DNA from: Pseudomonadota bacterium
Lineage (GTDB): Bacteria; Pseudomonadota; Alphaproteobacteria; Rhizobiales; Devosiaceae
Reading direction: 5' to 3'
NCBI GenBank assembly: GCA_023393475.1
Contig: JAEWLC010000072.1
Location: 31,586 to 95,585 of the forward strand
DNA length: 64,000 bases
In this document: in pieces, positions 21,213-31,457 of the stretch
Layout: every line of letters begins with the position of its first letter
Numbering within the stretch: the stretch's first letter is position 1
The notes under the pieces: generated by a model
What the model was told of the DNA's origin: nothing
Databases searched by the model: none
The model's input: only the letters and a program-made list of their open reading frames with translations
Translations under genes and position numbers: made by a program

Positions 21213-21779
21213 ATGGCTAGTGAAGGGACTGTCGCGTGGCCTAGCATTCTGGCGGGCGTTCGCGGTTTACTGATGCTCGCGGGCGGCATCTTCGCAATAT
21301 TCTGGCCGGGACCGGCGCTCGCGACTCTGGTCTGGCTCGGCGGCCTCATTATCATCGCAGACGGTGCGCTCGGGATATGGGCGCTGCTGTTCGGCGGCCG
21401 CAGCAGCCCGAGGATGGGCGTCGCGATCACGCGGCATGCGCTGGCCATCCTCTTCGGTATCATCGTGCTGCTGTTCCCGGCCATCATAGGGGCAATCGGG
21501 CTCGGTTCGCTGGTCATCGTCGTCGCGATCCTGTCGCTCCTCGTCGGCGCCCTGGCGCTCTACGTGACGGTGGTCAGCCGGGACATGCTGAGCAAGGGAA
21601 CATTCTGGCCAGAGATCCTGAGCGCCTGTGCCTATCTGGTGTTCGGCCTGTTGCTGCTGTTCATGCCGCTCACCGCTGCAATGGTGATCGTGAGCATCGT
21701 CGGCGTGCTGATGGTGCTCTACGGGCTGTTCCAGCTGTACATCGCCTGGCAGCTGCGCGGCGCGGAAGTCGCGGTCTAG
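21213..21779 (+). CDS. HdeD/DUF308 family membrane protein (tandem paralogue)
   Basis: 'VRGLLMLAGGIFAIFWP...DGALGIW' aligns with the upstream gene. Confidence 0.8.
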   Translation: MASEGTVAWPSILAGVRGLLMLAGGIFAIFWPGPALATLVWLGGLIIIADGALGIWALLFGGRSSPRMGVAITRHALAILFGIIVLLFPAIIGAIGLGSLVIVVAILSLLVGALALYVTVVSRDMLSKGTFWPEILSACAYLVFGLLLLFMPLTAAMVIVSIVGVLMVLYGLFQLYIAWQLRGAEVAV

Positions 21780-22639
21780 CCGGCCTGCTTCGCATCCGTG
21801 CGCTCGATCTCGGTGTTGAAGGCAGCACCGAGAACGAGGATCTGTGCCGAGTTGTAAAGCCAGAGCAGCAGCACGACCGCCGCCGAGACGGAGCCGAAGG
21901 TGGCTTCGTAGTGGCCCCAGTTCTCGACGTAGATCGAGAAGATCGCGCCGGCCAGCAACCAGAGCAGTGACGCGAGTACGGCACCGGGCCAGATGTGGCG
22001 GAACTTTCGCGGGTGGCGATCCGGACCCCAGCGATAGAGCACTGCCAGTACGAGAACGGTGAGCACGAGCAGCACGGGCCAGCGGAGCGCGAGGATCATG
22101 ACCTCCTCGCCCGATGGCCACGGGATCAAGGCCGGCAGGCCGGCCACTGCAAGCAGGGCGAGGACGACAAAGACAGCCCCGGCGATGCTCAGCCCGATGG
22201 CGTAGAAGAGCGACTTCAGGAAGCCGCGGCGTGGCTCCTCGTTGCGGATGCGGGACATGGCGTAGAGCAGGGAGTCGACGCCGCGCGAACCGCTCCAAAG
22301 TGCGAAGGGCACCGTGACCAGCAGGCCGAGGCCGAGGGTGAAAGGCGGCTGGGCGGCCAGCATGCTCAACTGCTCGGTGATGATCCCTTGCGCCATCTGC
22401 GGCACGACATAGCCAACGGTGTCGATGGTATCGGCGACCATCTGGCGGTTGGCGACGATGCCGTAGATGAGCGCAACGGTCGCGATCGCCGGGAAGAACG
22501 ACAGGAAGCCGAAGAAGGCCACCGCGGCACAGCGCGGGGCGTTGTCGCGCTCGAGGAAGAAGGATTGGAACGTCGCCAGTGCGATGTCGCGCCAGCGTCC
22601 GAACCAGTTGTGCTTCGCAGGAGCAGTCGTTGTTGTCAT
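21776..22639 (-). CDS. YihY/virulence factor BrkB family membrane protein
   Basis: 'AAVAFFGFLSFFP', 'LYRWGP', 'WPGA', 'YEATFGSVSAAVVLLLWLY'. Confidence 0.88.
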   Translation of the reverse strand: MTTTTAPAKHNWFGRWRDIALATFQSFFLERDNAPRCAAVAFFGFLSFFPAIATVALIYGIVANRQMVADTIDTVGYVVPQMAQGIITEQLSMLAAQPPFTLGLGLLVTVPFALWSGSRGVDSLLYAMSRIRNEEPRRGFLKSLFYAIGLSIAGAVFVVLALLAVAGLPALIPWPSGEEVMILALRWPVLLVLTVLVLAVLYRWGPDRHPRKFRHIWPGAVLASLLWLLAGAIFSIYVENWGHYEATFGSVSAAVVLLLWLYNSAQILVLGAAFNTEIERTDAKQAG

Positions 22640-22751
22640 CGGGTCCCTCGCCCTCAGAACGGCGCTGGCTTGCTCCGGGTTGCGTTCCGGACATGGGGAG
22701 TAGCGAGAGGCGGAGGTGGCGGCAACGCGGGGAAACGCATAGGTATGAGCC

Positions 22752-24704
22752 ATGCGCTTCTCTGACGGCTTCCTCGATGAAATCCGGCAGCGCCTGCCGA
22801 TTTCGCAGGTGGTGGGCGAACACGTTATCTGGGACAAGCGCAAGAGCCAGCCACAGCGCGGCGACATGTGGGCATGCTGCCCGTTCCACGGCGAAAAGAG
22901 CCCGAGTTTCCACGCCGACGACCGGCGCGGAATTTATCACTGCTTCGGCTGCGGCGTGTCGGGCGACCACTTCCGGTTCTTGACCGAGAAGGCGGGGATG
23001 AGCTTCCCCGAGGCAGTGGAAAAGCTCGCCGGGATGGCCGGCGTGCCGATGCCGGCGCGCGACGAGCGCGAGGAGAAGCGCCAGGAAGCGCGGCGTTCGC
23101 TCTACGACGTGATGGAACTGGCGACGCAGTATTTCGAGGCGGCGCTCGGGCACAATATCGGGGCGCGGGCGCGGGGCTATCTCCACGATCGTGGCGTGAG
23201 CGCCGCGGCGCAGACGCGGTTCCGCATCGGCTATGCGCCGGACAGCGCGAACGGCCTCAAGGAGCATCTCGCGGCGAACGGCGTTTCGGCGCAGGAGATG
23301 GTCGACACTGGACTCGTGGTGGTGCGCGAGGAATCGCCGCTGCCGTATGACCGGTTCCGCAACCGGGTGATGTTCCCGATCACCGATTTCCGCGGCAAGG
23401 TGATCGCGTTCGGCGGCCGCGCCCTCTCGGCCGATGTGCCGGCGAAGTACCTCAACTCGCCCGAAACCGAGCTCTTCAAGAAGCGGCTCAACCTCTACAA
23501 CGGCCAGACGGCGCGCGAGGCGGCGCGAGGCGGCAAGCAGGTGATCGTCGTCGAGGGCTATCTCGACGTGATCGCCGCGGTGACGGCCGGCTTCGAGGGC
23601 ACCGTGGCGCCGATGGGCACGGCGCTGACCGAGGAGCACCTGCAGCTCTTGTGGCGGATGAGCGATGCGCCGGTGCTGTGCTTCGATGGCGATAGTGCCG
23701 GACAGCGGGCTGCCGCGCGGGCGACGGACCTGGTGCTGCCGCATCTCGCGCCGGGCCGCACGGTGAAGATCGCTACACTCCCGGAGGGGCAGGATCCCGA
23801 CGACCTGATCAAGGCGCAGGGGCGGGGCGCCTTTGCCGAGGTGATCGACCGGTCGCGCTCGCTCAGCGATGTGATCTGGAGCATCGAGACGGGCGGCATC
23901 GTGCCGGAGACGCCTGAGGCACGGGCGGCGCTCGAGGCCAGGCTGCGGGCGCGCGCGGCCGCCATCGGGGATCAGTCGGTCAAGCGGCACTACATGCAGG
24001 CCTTCGACGAAAAGCTGCAGGCGTTCTTCGCGCCGATCCGGCAGCAGCGCTGGGATAGTCGCGACAACCAGCGTGGTGGCCGCGGCGGCGGCCAGTATGG
24101 CCGGAAGCCCAACCCGCAGCTTGGCAGCAAGGGCAGCCCGCGCGTCGTTGTGTCGGATACGCTGCGGAACTCGCGGTTGCTGAAGCCGGGCAGGGGCATC
24201 GACGCGACCCCGCGCGAGGCCACAATCCTGATGACGCTGGTGAACCATCCGGCGCTGGCGGACAGCCGGCTCGAATCACTTGCTTCGGTCGAGCTGTCCT
24301 CGCCGACTTCGCGGAGCCTCCTAAGCGCTTTGCTCGACCTCGTGACGCGCGACCACGAAATAACCGCCGAGGCACTTGTCGGGGCGCTCGGGGCCCGTGG
24401 GTTCGGGGAAACGATCGACAAAATGCAGGATCTGCTGGCCCGGCAGGGGGTCTGGCAGGTGGGGGCGGAGATCGCCGATCCGGACGCCGAGATCGGACTA
24501 AAGCATGCGCTGGCCTTGCATTCGAAATCGGTTGAGCTAAATAAGGCCCTGAAGGCAGCCGAATTGGCGCTGGGCGATGACCCAAGCGAAGAAACATTTG
24601 AGCGGCTGCGGGACATCCAGAACCAGATCACCACCGTCGATGGCACAGAGGCATTGATCGAAGGGTTTGGTTCGTTATCAGGTCGCGCGACACGCAGCTT
24701 TTGA
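22752..24704 (+). CDS. dnaG: DNA primase
   Basis: Zn finger 'CPFHGEKSPSF...CFGC', 'KYLNSPET', TOPRIM 'VEGYLDV', 'FDGDSAG', 'DPDD'. Confidence 0.98.
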   Translation: MRFSDGFLDEIRQRLPISQVVGEHVIWDKRKSQPQRGDMWACCPFHGEKSPSFHADDRRGIYHCFGCGVSGDHFRFLTEKAGMSFPEAVEKLAGMAGVPMPARDEREEKRQEARRSLYDVMELATQYFEAALGHNIGARARGYLHDRGVSAAAQTRFRIGYAPDSANGLKEHLAANGVSAQEMVDTGLVVVREESPLPYDRFRNRVMFPITDFRGKVIAFGGRALSADVPAKYLNSPETELFKKRLNLYNGQTAREAARGGKQVIVVEGYLDVIAAVTAGFEGTVAPMGTALTEEHLQLLWRMSDAPVLCFDGDSAGQRAAARATDLVLPHLAPGRTVKIATLPEGQDPDDLIKAQGRGAFAEVIDRSRSLSDVIWSIETGGIVPETPEARAALEARLRARAAAIGDQSVKRHYMQAFDEKLQAFFAPIRQQRWDSRDNQRGGRGGGQYGRKPNPQLGSKGSPRVVVSDTLRNSRLLKPGRGIDATPREATILMTLVNHPALADSRLESLASVELSSPTSRSLLSALLDLVTRDHEITAEALVGALGARGFGETIDKMQDLLARQGVWQVGAEIADPDAEIGLKHALALHSKSVELNKALKAAELALGDDPSEETFERLRDIQNQITTVDGTEALIEGFGSLSGRATRSF

Positions 24705-24878
24705 CGAAGCGGCGGGTACGCGCGAATTCGCATTTGGGCGAATCACCTCGATGACGAACAAGTGACGGCCAATCGGAAACCGTCGCGCAAGCCGTTCCCT
24801 TTACGATGTTTCAAGCCGTGACCACTTAACGACTTATCGGCGCCCAATCCGACACGGGCCCCCGGAGCAGCAAGCTAG

Positions 24879-26951
24879 ATGGCCACCAAGGCAGCTACAC
24901 AGACGAAGCCCAAAGACGTTGAGAAGCCGGAAACCGGCGCACCTGAGACTCCAGATAGCCCGCTGCTCGACCTATCCGATGCCGCGGTAAAGAAGCTGAT
25001 CAAGACCGCCAAGAAGCGCGGTTACGTCACCTACGAAGAACTCAATGCCGTTCTGCCCTCCGAGGAAGTGACCTCCGAGCAGATCGAGGACATCATGGCG
25101 ATGTTCTCCGACATGGGCATCAATGTGGTCGACGAGGACGAGGTCGAAGAGGCGGAGCCCGATACGGCGGAAGAAGAGTCGACCGAGATTGCCGAGCGTA
25201 CCGGCACCGCGGTTGCATCCAAGTCCAACACCCGCGAAGGCAGCGACCGTACCGACGATCCGGTGCGCATGTACCTGCGCGAAATGGGCTCGGTGGAACT
25301 GCTCAGCCGCGAAGGCGAAATCGCCATCGCCAAGCGCATCGAGGCCGGTCGCGAGACGATGATCGAGGGCCTCTGCGAGAGCCCGCTGACCTTCCAGGCC
25401 ATCATCATCTGGCGCGACCAGCTGGCGAACGCCGAAATTCTGCTGCGCGACATCATCGACCTCGAGGCCACCTATGCTGGCCCCGACGCCAAGCGCGAAG
25501 CGCCGGTGATGCCGGTGGAAGCCGAGCGCCCGCCCGAGAAGCGCGAAGACCCGCGCGCCGCAGCCAAGGCCAAGCCGGCACCGCGTCCGCGTAGCGGCGA
25601 CGACGAGGACGATTACGTCCCCGAGGAACCGCAGGCGCCGCAGGATCCGGTCGAGGAAGAGGATGACGATTTCGAGAACTCGCTGTCGCTGAGCGCGATG
25701 GAGGCCGAACTGAAGCCGCAGGTTGTGGCGACGTTCGATCGCATCGCCGAGGCCTACGGCAAGATGCGCAAGCTCCAGGACCAGCACGCCGAGGATCGTC
25801 TCGCCGGCGCCGCTCCCGCGACCGCATCCGACCTCAAGAAGCTCGAAGGCCTGCGCTCGGAAGTCATCACCGACGTCAAGTCGCTGAGCCTCAACCAAGG
25901 TCGTATCGAGAGCCTCGTCGAGCAGCTCTACGACATCAACAAGCGCCTCGTTCGTTTCGAAGGCCGCCTGCTGCGCCTCGCCGAGACCTACGGCGTCAAA
26001 CGGGAGGATTTCCTCAAGGCGCACTACGGCAGCGAACTGGACCAGGATTGGGTCGGCACCATCTCGGAGCTCGGCGGCAAGGGCTGGACCGAGTTCGCCA
26101 AGCGTGAAGTCGACACCATCAACGAAATCCGCGGTGAGATCACCACGCTTGCCAACGAGACGGGCCTCGATATCGCCGAGTACCGCCGCATCGTGCACAA
26201 GGTGCAGAAGGGCGAGCGCGAAGCCGCAATCGCCAAGAAGGAGATGGTTGAAGCCAACCTCCGCCTCGTGATCTCGATCGCGAAGAAGTACACGAACCGC
26301 GGCCTGCAGTTCCTTGATCTCATTCAGGAAGGCAACATCGGCCTGATGAAGGCGGTGGACAAGTTCGAGTACCGCCGCGGCTACAAGTTCTCGACCTACG
26401 CCACTTGGTGGATCCGCCAGGCGATAACCCGTTCGATCGCCGACCAGGCGCGCACCATCCGTATTCCGGTGCACATGATCGAGACGATCAACAAGATCGT
26501 CCGCACGAGCCGCCAGATGCTCCACGAGATCGGCCGCGAGCCGACCCCGGAAGAGCTGAGCGAGAAGCTCCAGATGCCGCTAGACAAGGTCCGCAAGGTC
26601 CTGAAGATCGCGAAGGAACCGATCTCGCTCGAGACGCCGATCGGCGACGAGGAAGATTCGAACCTCGGCGATTTCATCCCGGACGTGAACGCGATCCAGC
26701 CGATCGACGCCGCGATCCAGTCGAACCTGCGCGAAACGACGACCCGTGTGCTGGCGTCGCTGACGCCGCGCGAGGAGCGCGTGCTGCGCATGCGCTTCGG
26801 CATCGGCATGAACACCGACCACACGCTCGAAGAAGTCGGCCAGCAGTTCAGCGTGACGCGCGAGCGTATCCGCCAGATCGAGGCCAAGGCGCTCCGGAAG
26901 CTCAAGCATCCGAGCCGCAGCCGGAAGCTCCGCAGCTTCCTCGACAACTGA
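24879..26951 (+). CDS. rpoD: RNA polymerase primary sigma factor sigma-70
   Basis: Regions 1.1-4: '[11 protein letters not shown]', '[36 protein letters not shown]', '[16 protein letters not shown]'. Confidence 0.99.
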   Translation: MATKAATQTKPKDVEKPETGAPETPDSPLLDLSDAAVKKLIKTAKKRGYVTYEELNAVLPSEEVTSEQIEDIMAMFSDMGINVVDEDEVEEAEPDTAEEESTEIAERTGTAVASKSNTREGSDRTDDPVRMYLREMGSVELLSREGEIAIAKRIEAGRETMIEGLCESPLTFQAIIIWRDQLANAEILLRDIIDLEATYAGPDAKREAPVMPVEAERPPEKREDPRAAAKAKPAPRPRSGDDEDDYVPEEPQAPQDPVEEEDDDFENSLSLSAMEAELKPQVVATFDRIAEAYGKMRKLQDQHAEDRLAGAAPATASDLKKLEGLRSEVITDVKSLSLNQGRIESLVEQLYDINKRLVRFEGRLLRLAETYGVKREDFLKAHYGSELDQDWVGTISELGGKGWTEFAKREVDTINEIRGEITTLANETGLDIAEYRRIVHKVQKGEREAAIAKKEMVEANLRLVISIAKKYTNRGLQFLDLIQEGNIGLMKAVDKFEYRRGYKFSTYATWWIRQAITRSIADQARTIRIPVHMIETINKIVRTSRQMLHEIGREPTPEELSEKLQMPLDKVRKVLKIAKEPISLETPIGDEEDSNLGDFIPDVNAIQPIDAAIQSNLRETTTRVLASLTPREERVLRMRFGIGMNTDHTLEEVGQQFSVTRERIRQIEAKALRKLKHPSRSRKLRSFLDN

Positions 26952-26953
26952 TC

Positions 26954-26983
26954 AAGGGGCCGCGAAAGCGGCCCTTTTCTTTT
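26954..26983 (+). terminator. Intrinsic terminator of rpoD
   Basis: GGGCCGC-GAAA-GCGGCCC followed by TTTTCTTTT. Confidence 0.85.
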
Positions 26984-27069
26984 CCGCTCATCAGCGTCTG
27001 CCGCTTGACCTTCCTCAATCGAGCTCGAGCTTCTCGTGCGAAGCTGCCCCTCAGGATGAGGAGGCGGCT

Positions 27070-27456
27070 ATGGAAATGAAGGCTGTCGTTGGCGTCGCAC
27101 TGGTATGGGCGGTGATCTTCATCGTCCCGATCCTGGTATACGGCGCGTTTTCCGCGGTGACCGGGTTGCAGCCGCCGGGCGGGTCGCCGGGGCTGTTCCT
27201 CGTGAGTACCGCAGTCTCCAAGCTGGGTACGGCCATTGCGTTCGTTGTGCTGTTCTACCTGGCAAGGGATGTCTTCGGCGGGCAGTGGCTGCTCTATGCC
27301 GGCATCTGGTGGCTGATGTTCGCGATCGGCGAGGTCGGGCAGGCGATTGCGCCCGACTATTCCTGGGAGGAAGCCATTGCAGGTGTCATCTCCGAAACGA
27401 TCTACTTTCCCCTGTCCGGCTTGATCGTGAACTGGCTCGTCGGCCGGGGAGGTTGA
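27070..27456 (+). CDS. Hypothetical 4-TM membrane protein
   Basis: Hydrophobic 128-aa ORF with GAGG RBS. Confidence 0.65.
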   Translation: MEMKAVVGVALVWAVIFIVPILVYGAFSAVTGLQPPGGSPGLFLVSTAVSKLGTAIAFVVLFYLARDVFGGQWLLYAGIWWLMFAIGEVGQAIAPDYSWEEAIAGVISETIYFPLSGLIVNWLVGRGG

Positions 27457-27458
27457 CG

Positions 27459-28070
27459 GTGGAGAAGGTCGACTTCAAGAAGCTGATGAAGGCCTACTGG
27501 CAGCCGCCGGTGGGCAAGTTCGTGGTGGTCGAGGTCCCGACGCTCCGCTTCATCAAAGTGGACGGCAAGGGCGACCCGAACACGGCTGCCGAGTACAGCG
27601 CGGCGGTGCAGTGGCTCTACACGATGAGCTACACTCTGAAATTCGCCTCGAAGGCGGAAGGGCGCGACTACGGCGTGGCGCCGCTCGAGGCGCTGTGGTG
27701 GGCCGAGGACATGTCGAGCTTTACTGCCAACGACAAGAGCAAGTGGCTGTGGACCGCCATGATCATGCAGCCCGACTGGATCGACGCGGCGCGTTTCGCG
27801 ACGGCGCTCGAGAAGGCGAGGGGCAAGCTCGGCGAACCTCCCGGCAGCCTGCGGCTGGAGACGTTCGAGGAAGGCCTCAGTGTCCAGACCATGCACATCG
27901 GGCCCTACAGTGCCGAGGCGCCGACGATTGCGATGCTGCACAACGAGTTCCTGCCGGCCAACGGGCTGGTTGAAACAGGCCACCACCATGAGATCTACAT
28001 CAGCGATCCGCGCCGCACTGCGCCCGACAAGCTGAAGACTGTCATTCGCCAGCCCGTCCGGCGGCGCTGA
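27459..28070 (+). CDS. GyrI-like small-molecule-binding domain protein
   Basis: GTG start after GGAGG; 'VDGKGDPN', 'PLEALWW', 'QTMHIGPY', 'HHEIYISDPRR...KLKTVIRQP'. Confidence 0.85.
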   Translation: MEKVDFKKLMKAYWQPPVGKFVVVEVPTLRFIKVDGKGDPNTAAEYSAAVQWLYTMSYTLKFASKAEGRDYGVAPLEALWWAEDMSSFTANDKSKWLWTAMIMQPDWIDAARFATALEKARGKLGEPPGSLRLETFEEGLSVQTMHIGPYSAEAPTIAMLHNEFLPANGLVETGHHHEIYISDPRRTAPDKLKTVIRQPVRRR

Positions 28071-28194
28071 TCCTGCCGGGATTTGACGCTGGCGTGACGA
28101 TACGTCCGCAACATTCCGATTGCCCCCACACGCGCGATGCGGTTGAAGAGGCGCAGCACTCATTTTCGCGGCGGCGGCTGCGCGGGAGATCGGT

Positions 28195-28482
28195 ATGTCG
28201 TTCTGGAAGAACCTGTTCGGTGGTGGTGGCGAGCCGAAGTCGATCGAGCCGGCAGTGGTCGGCGAAGAGAGCTACAAGGGCCACACGATCAAGGCGATCA
28301 CCATGGCGGTCGGCAGCGAGTACCAGCTTGCCGGCACGATCGAGAAGACCATCGGCGACGAGCTGAAGACCTACCAGTTCGTCCGGGCCGACCGCTTTTC
28401 GTCCAAGGAAGACGTGGTGAGCTTCGCCCTCGCCAAGGGCCGGCAGATCATCGACGAACAGGGCGACGCGATCTACCGCTGA
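28195..28482 (+). CDS. HlyU family protein (alphaproteobacterial type)
   Basis: 'MSFWKNLFG...YKG...YQLAG.I...FVRAD...KGRQIIDEQGD'. Confidence 0.75.
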   Translation: MSFWKNLFGGGGEPKSIEPAVVGEESYKGHTIKAITMAVGSEYQLAGTIEKTIGDELKTYQFVRADRFSSKEDVVSFALAKGRQIIDEQGDAIYR

Positions 28483-28556
28483 CCGCCGCCTGCAACCCGC
28501 AACATTTCGCCGGCGTTTTGTCGGTAGCTTCGCCCTCGGGGCGAATGGAGTCCGAT

Positions 28557-28778
28557 ATGGCCAAGAAGCCGACCCCCCGCAGCGAATTCGTGCTGTTCGA
28601 CGTGATCTACGAAGACGGCAGCCAGCGCTCCAACCGCAAGGTGCCGGCGGATGTCCTCGGCGGCCTCGATGGCGACGAGCCCGCCAAGACTGCGATCATG
28701 GAGCAGGACCAGACGATCGCCGAGAAGTCCGGCGTGCCGCCGCTGCAGATCAAGTCGATCAAGCGCAGCGGGAAGTAG
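28557..28778 (+). CDS. Small conserved hypothetical protein
   Basis: 'FVLFDVIYEDGSQRSNRKVP...LGGLDGD'; GGAG RBS. Confidence 0.7.
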   Translation: MAKKPTPRSEFVLFDVIYEDGSQRSNRKVPADVLGGLDGDEPAKTAIMEQDQTIAEKSGVPPLQIKSIKRSGK

Positions 28779-28875
28779 GGGCAGGGGCGCTTGGTGTGGC
28801 CTGAGAAACCACCTTGCCGCCATCCTCACCGGCGCTGTCCGAGGCAACATCGTGCCTCTTGTCGCCAGTGAACGC

Positions 28876-29916
28876 CTAGCCCGCTAGCGCCTTGTTCACC
28901 GCCGGCTTCACCACCGTTCCGAACAGTTCGATCGCCTTCATGACCTTGTCGTGGGGCAGGGTGCCTACGCTCACCTGCAGGCCGAAGCGGTCGTGCTTGA
29001 ACCACTCGTGCTGCTGCAGGATCTTGTCGATGACCTGCTGCGGCGAGCCCATGAAATAGGCGCCGGAGGGGCTGGCCCCGGCTTCGAACTGGGCGCGGGT
29101 GGTCGGCGGCCAGCCGCGTTCGCGGCCGATGCGGCTCATGGCTTCGTGGTGCGCCGGGAAGGCAATCTCGAGCGCATCCTGCGAGTTCTCGGCGATGAAG
29201 CCGTGCGATGAGATCCCGATCGGCATCTTTGCGAGGTCGTGGCCGACCTTCTCCGCCGTCAGCCGGTAGAGCTGGGTGAACTGCTGGAAGGCCTCGGGAT
29301 TGCCGCCGATGATGGCGATCATCAGGGGCAGGCCGTAGTAGGCGGCGCGCGCCACCGAGTTCGGGGTGCCGCCGACGGCGATCCAGAGCGGCAGCGGATC
29401 CTGGATGGGCTTGGGATAGACGGCGAGGCCGGGGATCGGCTTGGTGTGCTCGGAGCCGGGCCACTCCACCTTGCCGCCTTCGCGGATCTTCAGCAGTTCG
29501 GCCAGCTTTTCCTCGAACAGCTCATCGTAGTGATCGAGCTCCAGCCCAAAGAGCGGGAAGCTCTCGATGAAGGAGCCGCGGCCGGCCATGATCTCGGCGC
29601 GGCCGTTGGAAAGCAGGTCCAGGGTCGAGAATTGCTGGTGGACCCGGATCGGATCTTCCGAGCTCAGCACGGTCACGGCAGTGGAGAGCCGGATGCGCTT
29701 CGTGATGGCCGCCGCGGCCGCGAGGATCGTCACCGGCGACGAGGCGACGTAGTCGGGGCGATGATGTTCGCCTAGGCCGTAGAAATCGAGGCCGAGCTCG
29801 TCGGCCAGCTTGATCTCCTCGAGCAGGTCCTTGAGTCGCTCGGCCGGCGACTGCAGCCTGCCGCCGTTCAGAGGGTCGGGCGTATTCTCAGCAAAGGAAT
29901 AGAGACCGATTTCCAT
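28876..29916 (-). CDS. LLM class flavin-dependent oxidoreductase (luciferase-like)
   Basis: 'GLGEHHRPD', '[14 protein letters not shown]', '[13 protein letters not shown]'. Confidence 0.92.
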   Translation of the reverse strand: MEIGLYSFAENTPDPLNGGRLQSPAERLKDLLEEIKLADELGLDFYGLGEHHRPDYVASSPVTILAAAAAITKRIRLSTAVTVLSSEDPIRVHQQFSTLDLLSNGRAEIMAGRGSFIESFPLFGLELDHYDELFEEKLAELLKIREGGKVEWPGSEHTKPIPGLAVYPKPIQDPLPLWIAVGGTPNSVARAAYYGLPLMIAIIGGNPEAFQQFTQLYRLTAEKVGHDLAKMPIGISSHGFIAENSQDALEIAFPAHHEAMSRIGRERGWPPTTRAQFEAGASPSGAYFMGSPQQVIDKILQQHEWFKHDRFGLQVSVGTLPHDKVMKAIELFGTVVKPAVNKALAG

Positions 29917-29989
29917 GGTGCGCACCTCGTTTGGTGCGCCCTACATGGCTGTGCATTCGGGCCTTAGCAAGAACGCACAGCCCTGTAAC

Positions 29990-30688
29990 TCAGACGTTGC
30001 TGCTGGGAACGTAGCTGTCCGCCTTGAAACCTGTGATCGGCGCGGGGGCATTGACGCCGGCCTGGCGGTGGATTTCGTCGACCAGGCCCTGCGGCAGCTT
30101 GAGCTTGAACGCCAGCGCGTCGAGGTAGCCACGCTCGGCGGCCGTGTCGGCCTTCATGGCGACCAGGGAGGCGGCGTAAATCTCGGCGGCGTGTTCGGGT
30201 GTATCGGCGCGCGCGACGACGGCATCGATATCGAGCGGGCTGCCGAGTTCATCGAAGACGAAGGCCTTCTCCTCGGAGGAGAGCGGCATGGTCTCGAGCT
30301 TGGCGAAGATACGCTGCTTCTCGTCGGCGTCGATCTGGCCGTCCGCCTTGGCGGCGGCGATCATGGCGCGCACGAGGGTCTTGCCGAGCTCTTCCTGCTG
30401 GTAGGCGGCTTGCGGCGGCGGCACAAAGGCGTCCTGCGTGGGGGCAGGGGCGCCATCCGAGGCCGCTCCGGCTGCCTGCTGGTTCTTCTGGTAGTTCTGC
30501 CAGGCGGAGTAGGCGAGCCCGCCCACGGCGGCGACCGCGCCGACCTTTGCGACATTGCCGACCATCTTGCCCAGTCCGCCACCCGACAGGAGCATGCCCG
30601 CCGCAAGCCCGGCGGCACCGGTGATGGCGGTGCGCTGCGCGTTCGGATCGGTCTGCAGTGCCTTGATGATCCCGTCGATGTTGAACAT
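29990..30688 (-). CDS. DUF533/YebE (TerB-like) protein
   Basis: 'RAMIAAAKADGQIDADE', 'EIYAASL...ERGYLDALA..LKLP'. Confidence 0.85.
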   Translation of the reverse strand: MFNIDGIIKALQTDPNAQRTAITGAAGLAAGMLLSGGGLGKMVGNVAKVGAVAAVGGLAYSAWQNYQKNQQAAGAASDGAPAPTQDAFVPPPQAAYQQEELGKTLVRAMIAAAKADGQIDADEKQRIFAKLETMPLSSEEKAFVFDELGSPLDIDAVVARADTPEHAAEIYAASLVAMKADTAAERGYLDALAFKLKLPQGLVDEIHRQAGVNAPAPITGFKADSYVPSSNV

Positions 30689-30809
30689 GGGTTCCTCCCT
30701 ATTGTCTTTGAAAGGCAGTTAGGTAGCGGGGGGCGACGGTACAAGGATGACAAGAGCGCGCAGCCCCGATAATTGCCGCCGTGGCTCCCACGTTGGCCAT
30801 CGGACAACG

Positions 30810-30920
30810 AAAAAGCCCCGGCGCGGAGCCGGGGCCAAAGGTTGCTTCGGAGGGAGGACCGAAGCGTGGACGTGTGCCGTCCGTTTCTTGTTCGACCCAA
30901 AAATTGAATGGGATCGATCT
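30810..30920 (-). ncRNA. Candidate small RNA / structured 3'UTR with UCCUCCCU anti-SD loop and terminator
   Basis: Four consecutive hairpins on the minus strand. One is GCUUCGG-UCCUCCCU-CCGAAGC (30844-30865). The last is GCCCCGGC-UCCGC-GCCGGGGC followed by UUUUU. Confidence 0.5.
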
Positions 30921-30924
30921 GGCT

Positions 30925-31326
30925 TTACTGAGCCGGAGCGGCCGGAGCCTCGGTAGCCGGGGCAGCGTCAGCCGGAGCAGCAGGGGCCGCATCAGCCGGA
31001 GCCGCATCAGCCGGGGCGGCCGGAGCCGCGTCGGTCGCCGGAGCCATCGGAGTGGCCTCGGTACCGGTGGCCGGAGCCTCGGTCATGGGAGCAGGCTCAG
31101 TGGTCGTGGCGGGAGCCTCGATAGCCGGCGTATTGTTCACGGTCGTCGACGTGGTCGACGGACCCGAATTGGCCGAGAAGACGAGGTAGCCGATGGCCAG
31201 AAGGGCCAGCGCCACGATGATGCCGACGAACCAGCCAGTTGCGCTCGACTCACGGGTGTAAGTCGTAGTGGTGCGGTTCAGACCATCGTCGGTCGAGTAG
31301 ACGGTATCGCGTTCGGGGACAGCCAT
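30925..31326 (-). CDS. Small single-pass membrane protein with Ala/Pro/Thr-rich tail
   Basis: One TM ('WFVGIIVALALLAIGYLVF') then PAADAAPA-like repeats; AGGAG RBS upstream. Confidence 0.7.
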   Translation of the reverse strand: MAVPERDTVYSTDDGLNRTTTTYTRESSATGWFVGIIVALALLAIGYLVFSANSGPSTTSTTVNNTPAIEAPATTTEPAPMTEAPATGTEATPMAPATDAAPAAPADAAPADAAPAAPADAAPATEAPAAPAQ

Positions 31327-31364
31327 GATCAAGCTCCTTTGTTTGAGTACCGTATGGCGACAAG

Positions 31365-31390
31365 AACGCGGGTCCTGCGGCAAACGTTCC
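31365..31390 (-). promoter_or_regulatory. Putative EcfG/sigmaT (general stress response) promoter
   Basis: Minus strand GGAAC-N17-CGTT, an exact match to the ECF15 consensus, about 40 bp upstream of the ATG at 31326. Confidence 0.7.
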
Positions 31391-31457
31391 CGCAGGCTTG
31401 ATCATTTGCGATTTTGATTCAGGGGCGCCCGGTAAACAATTGGCGTAGCTTGCAGTT

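Noticed and set aside
27105..27458. Extended N-terminus of the GyrI-like ORF overlapping the upstream gene
   Set aside because: GTG at 27459 with a GGAGG RBS gives a normal-length protein with no overlap.
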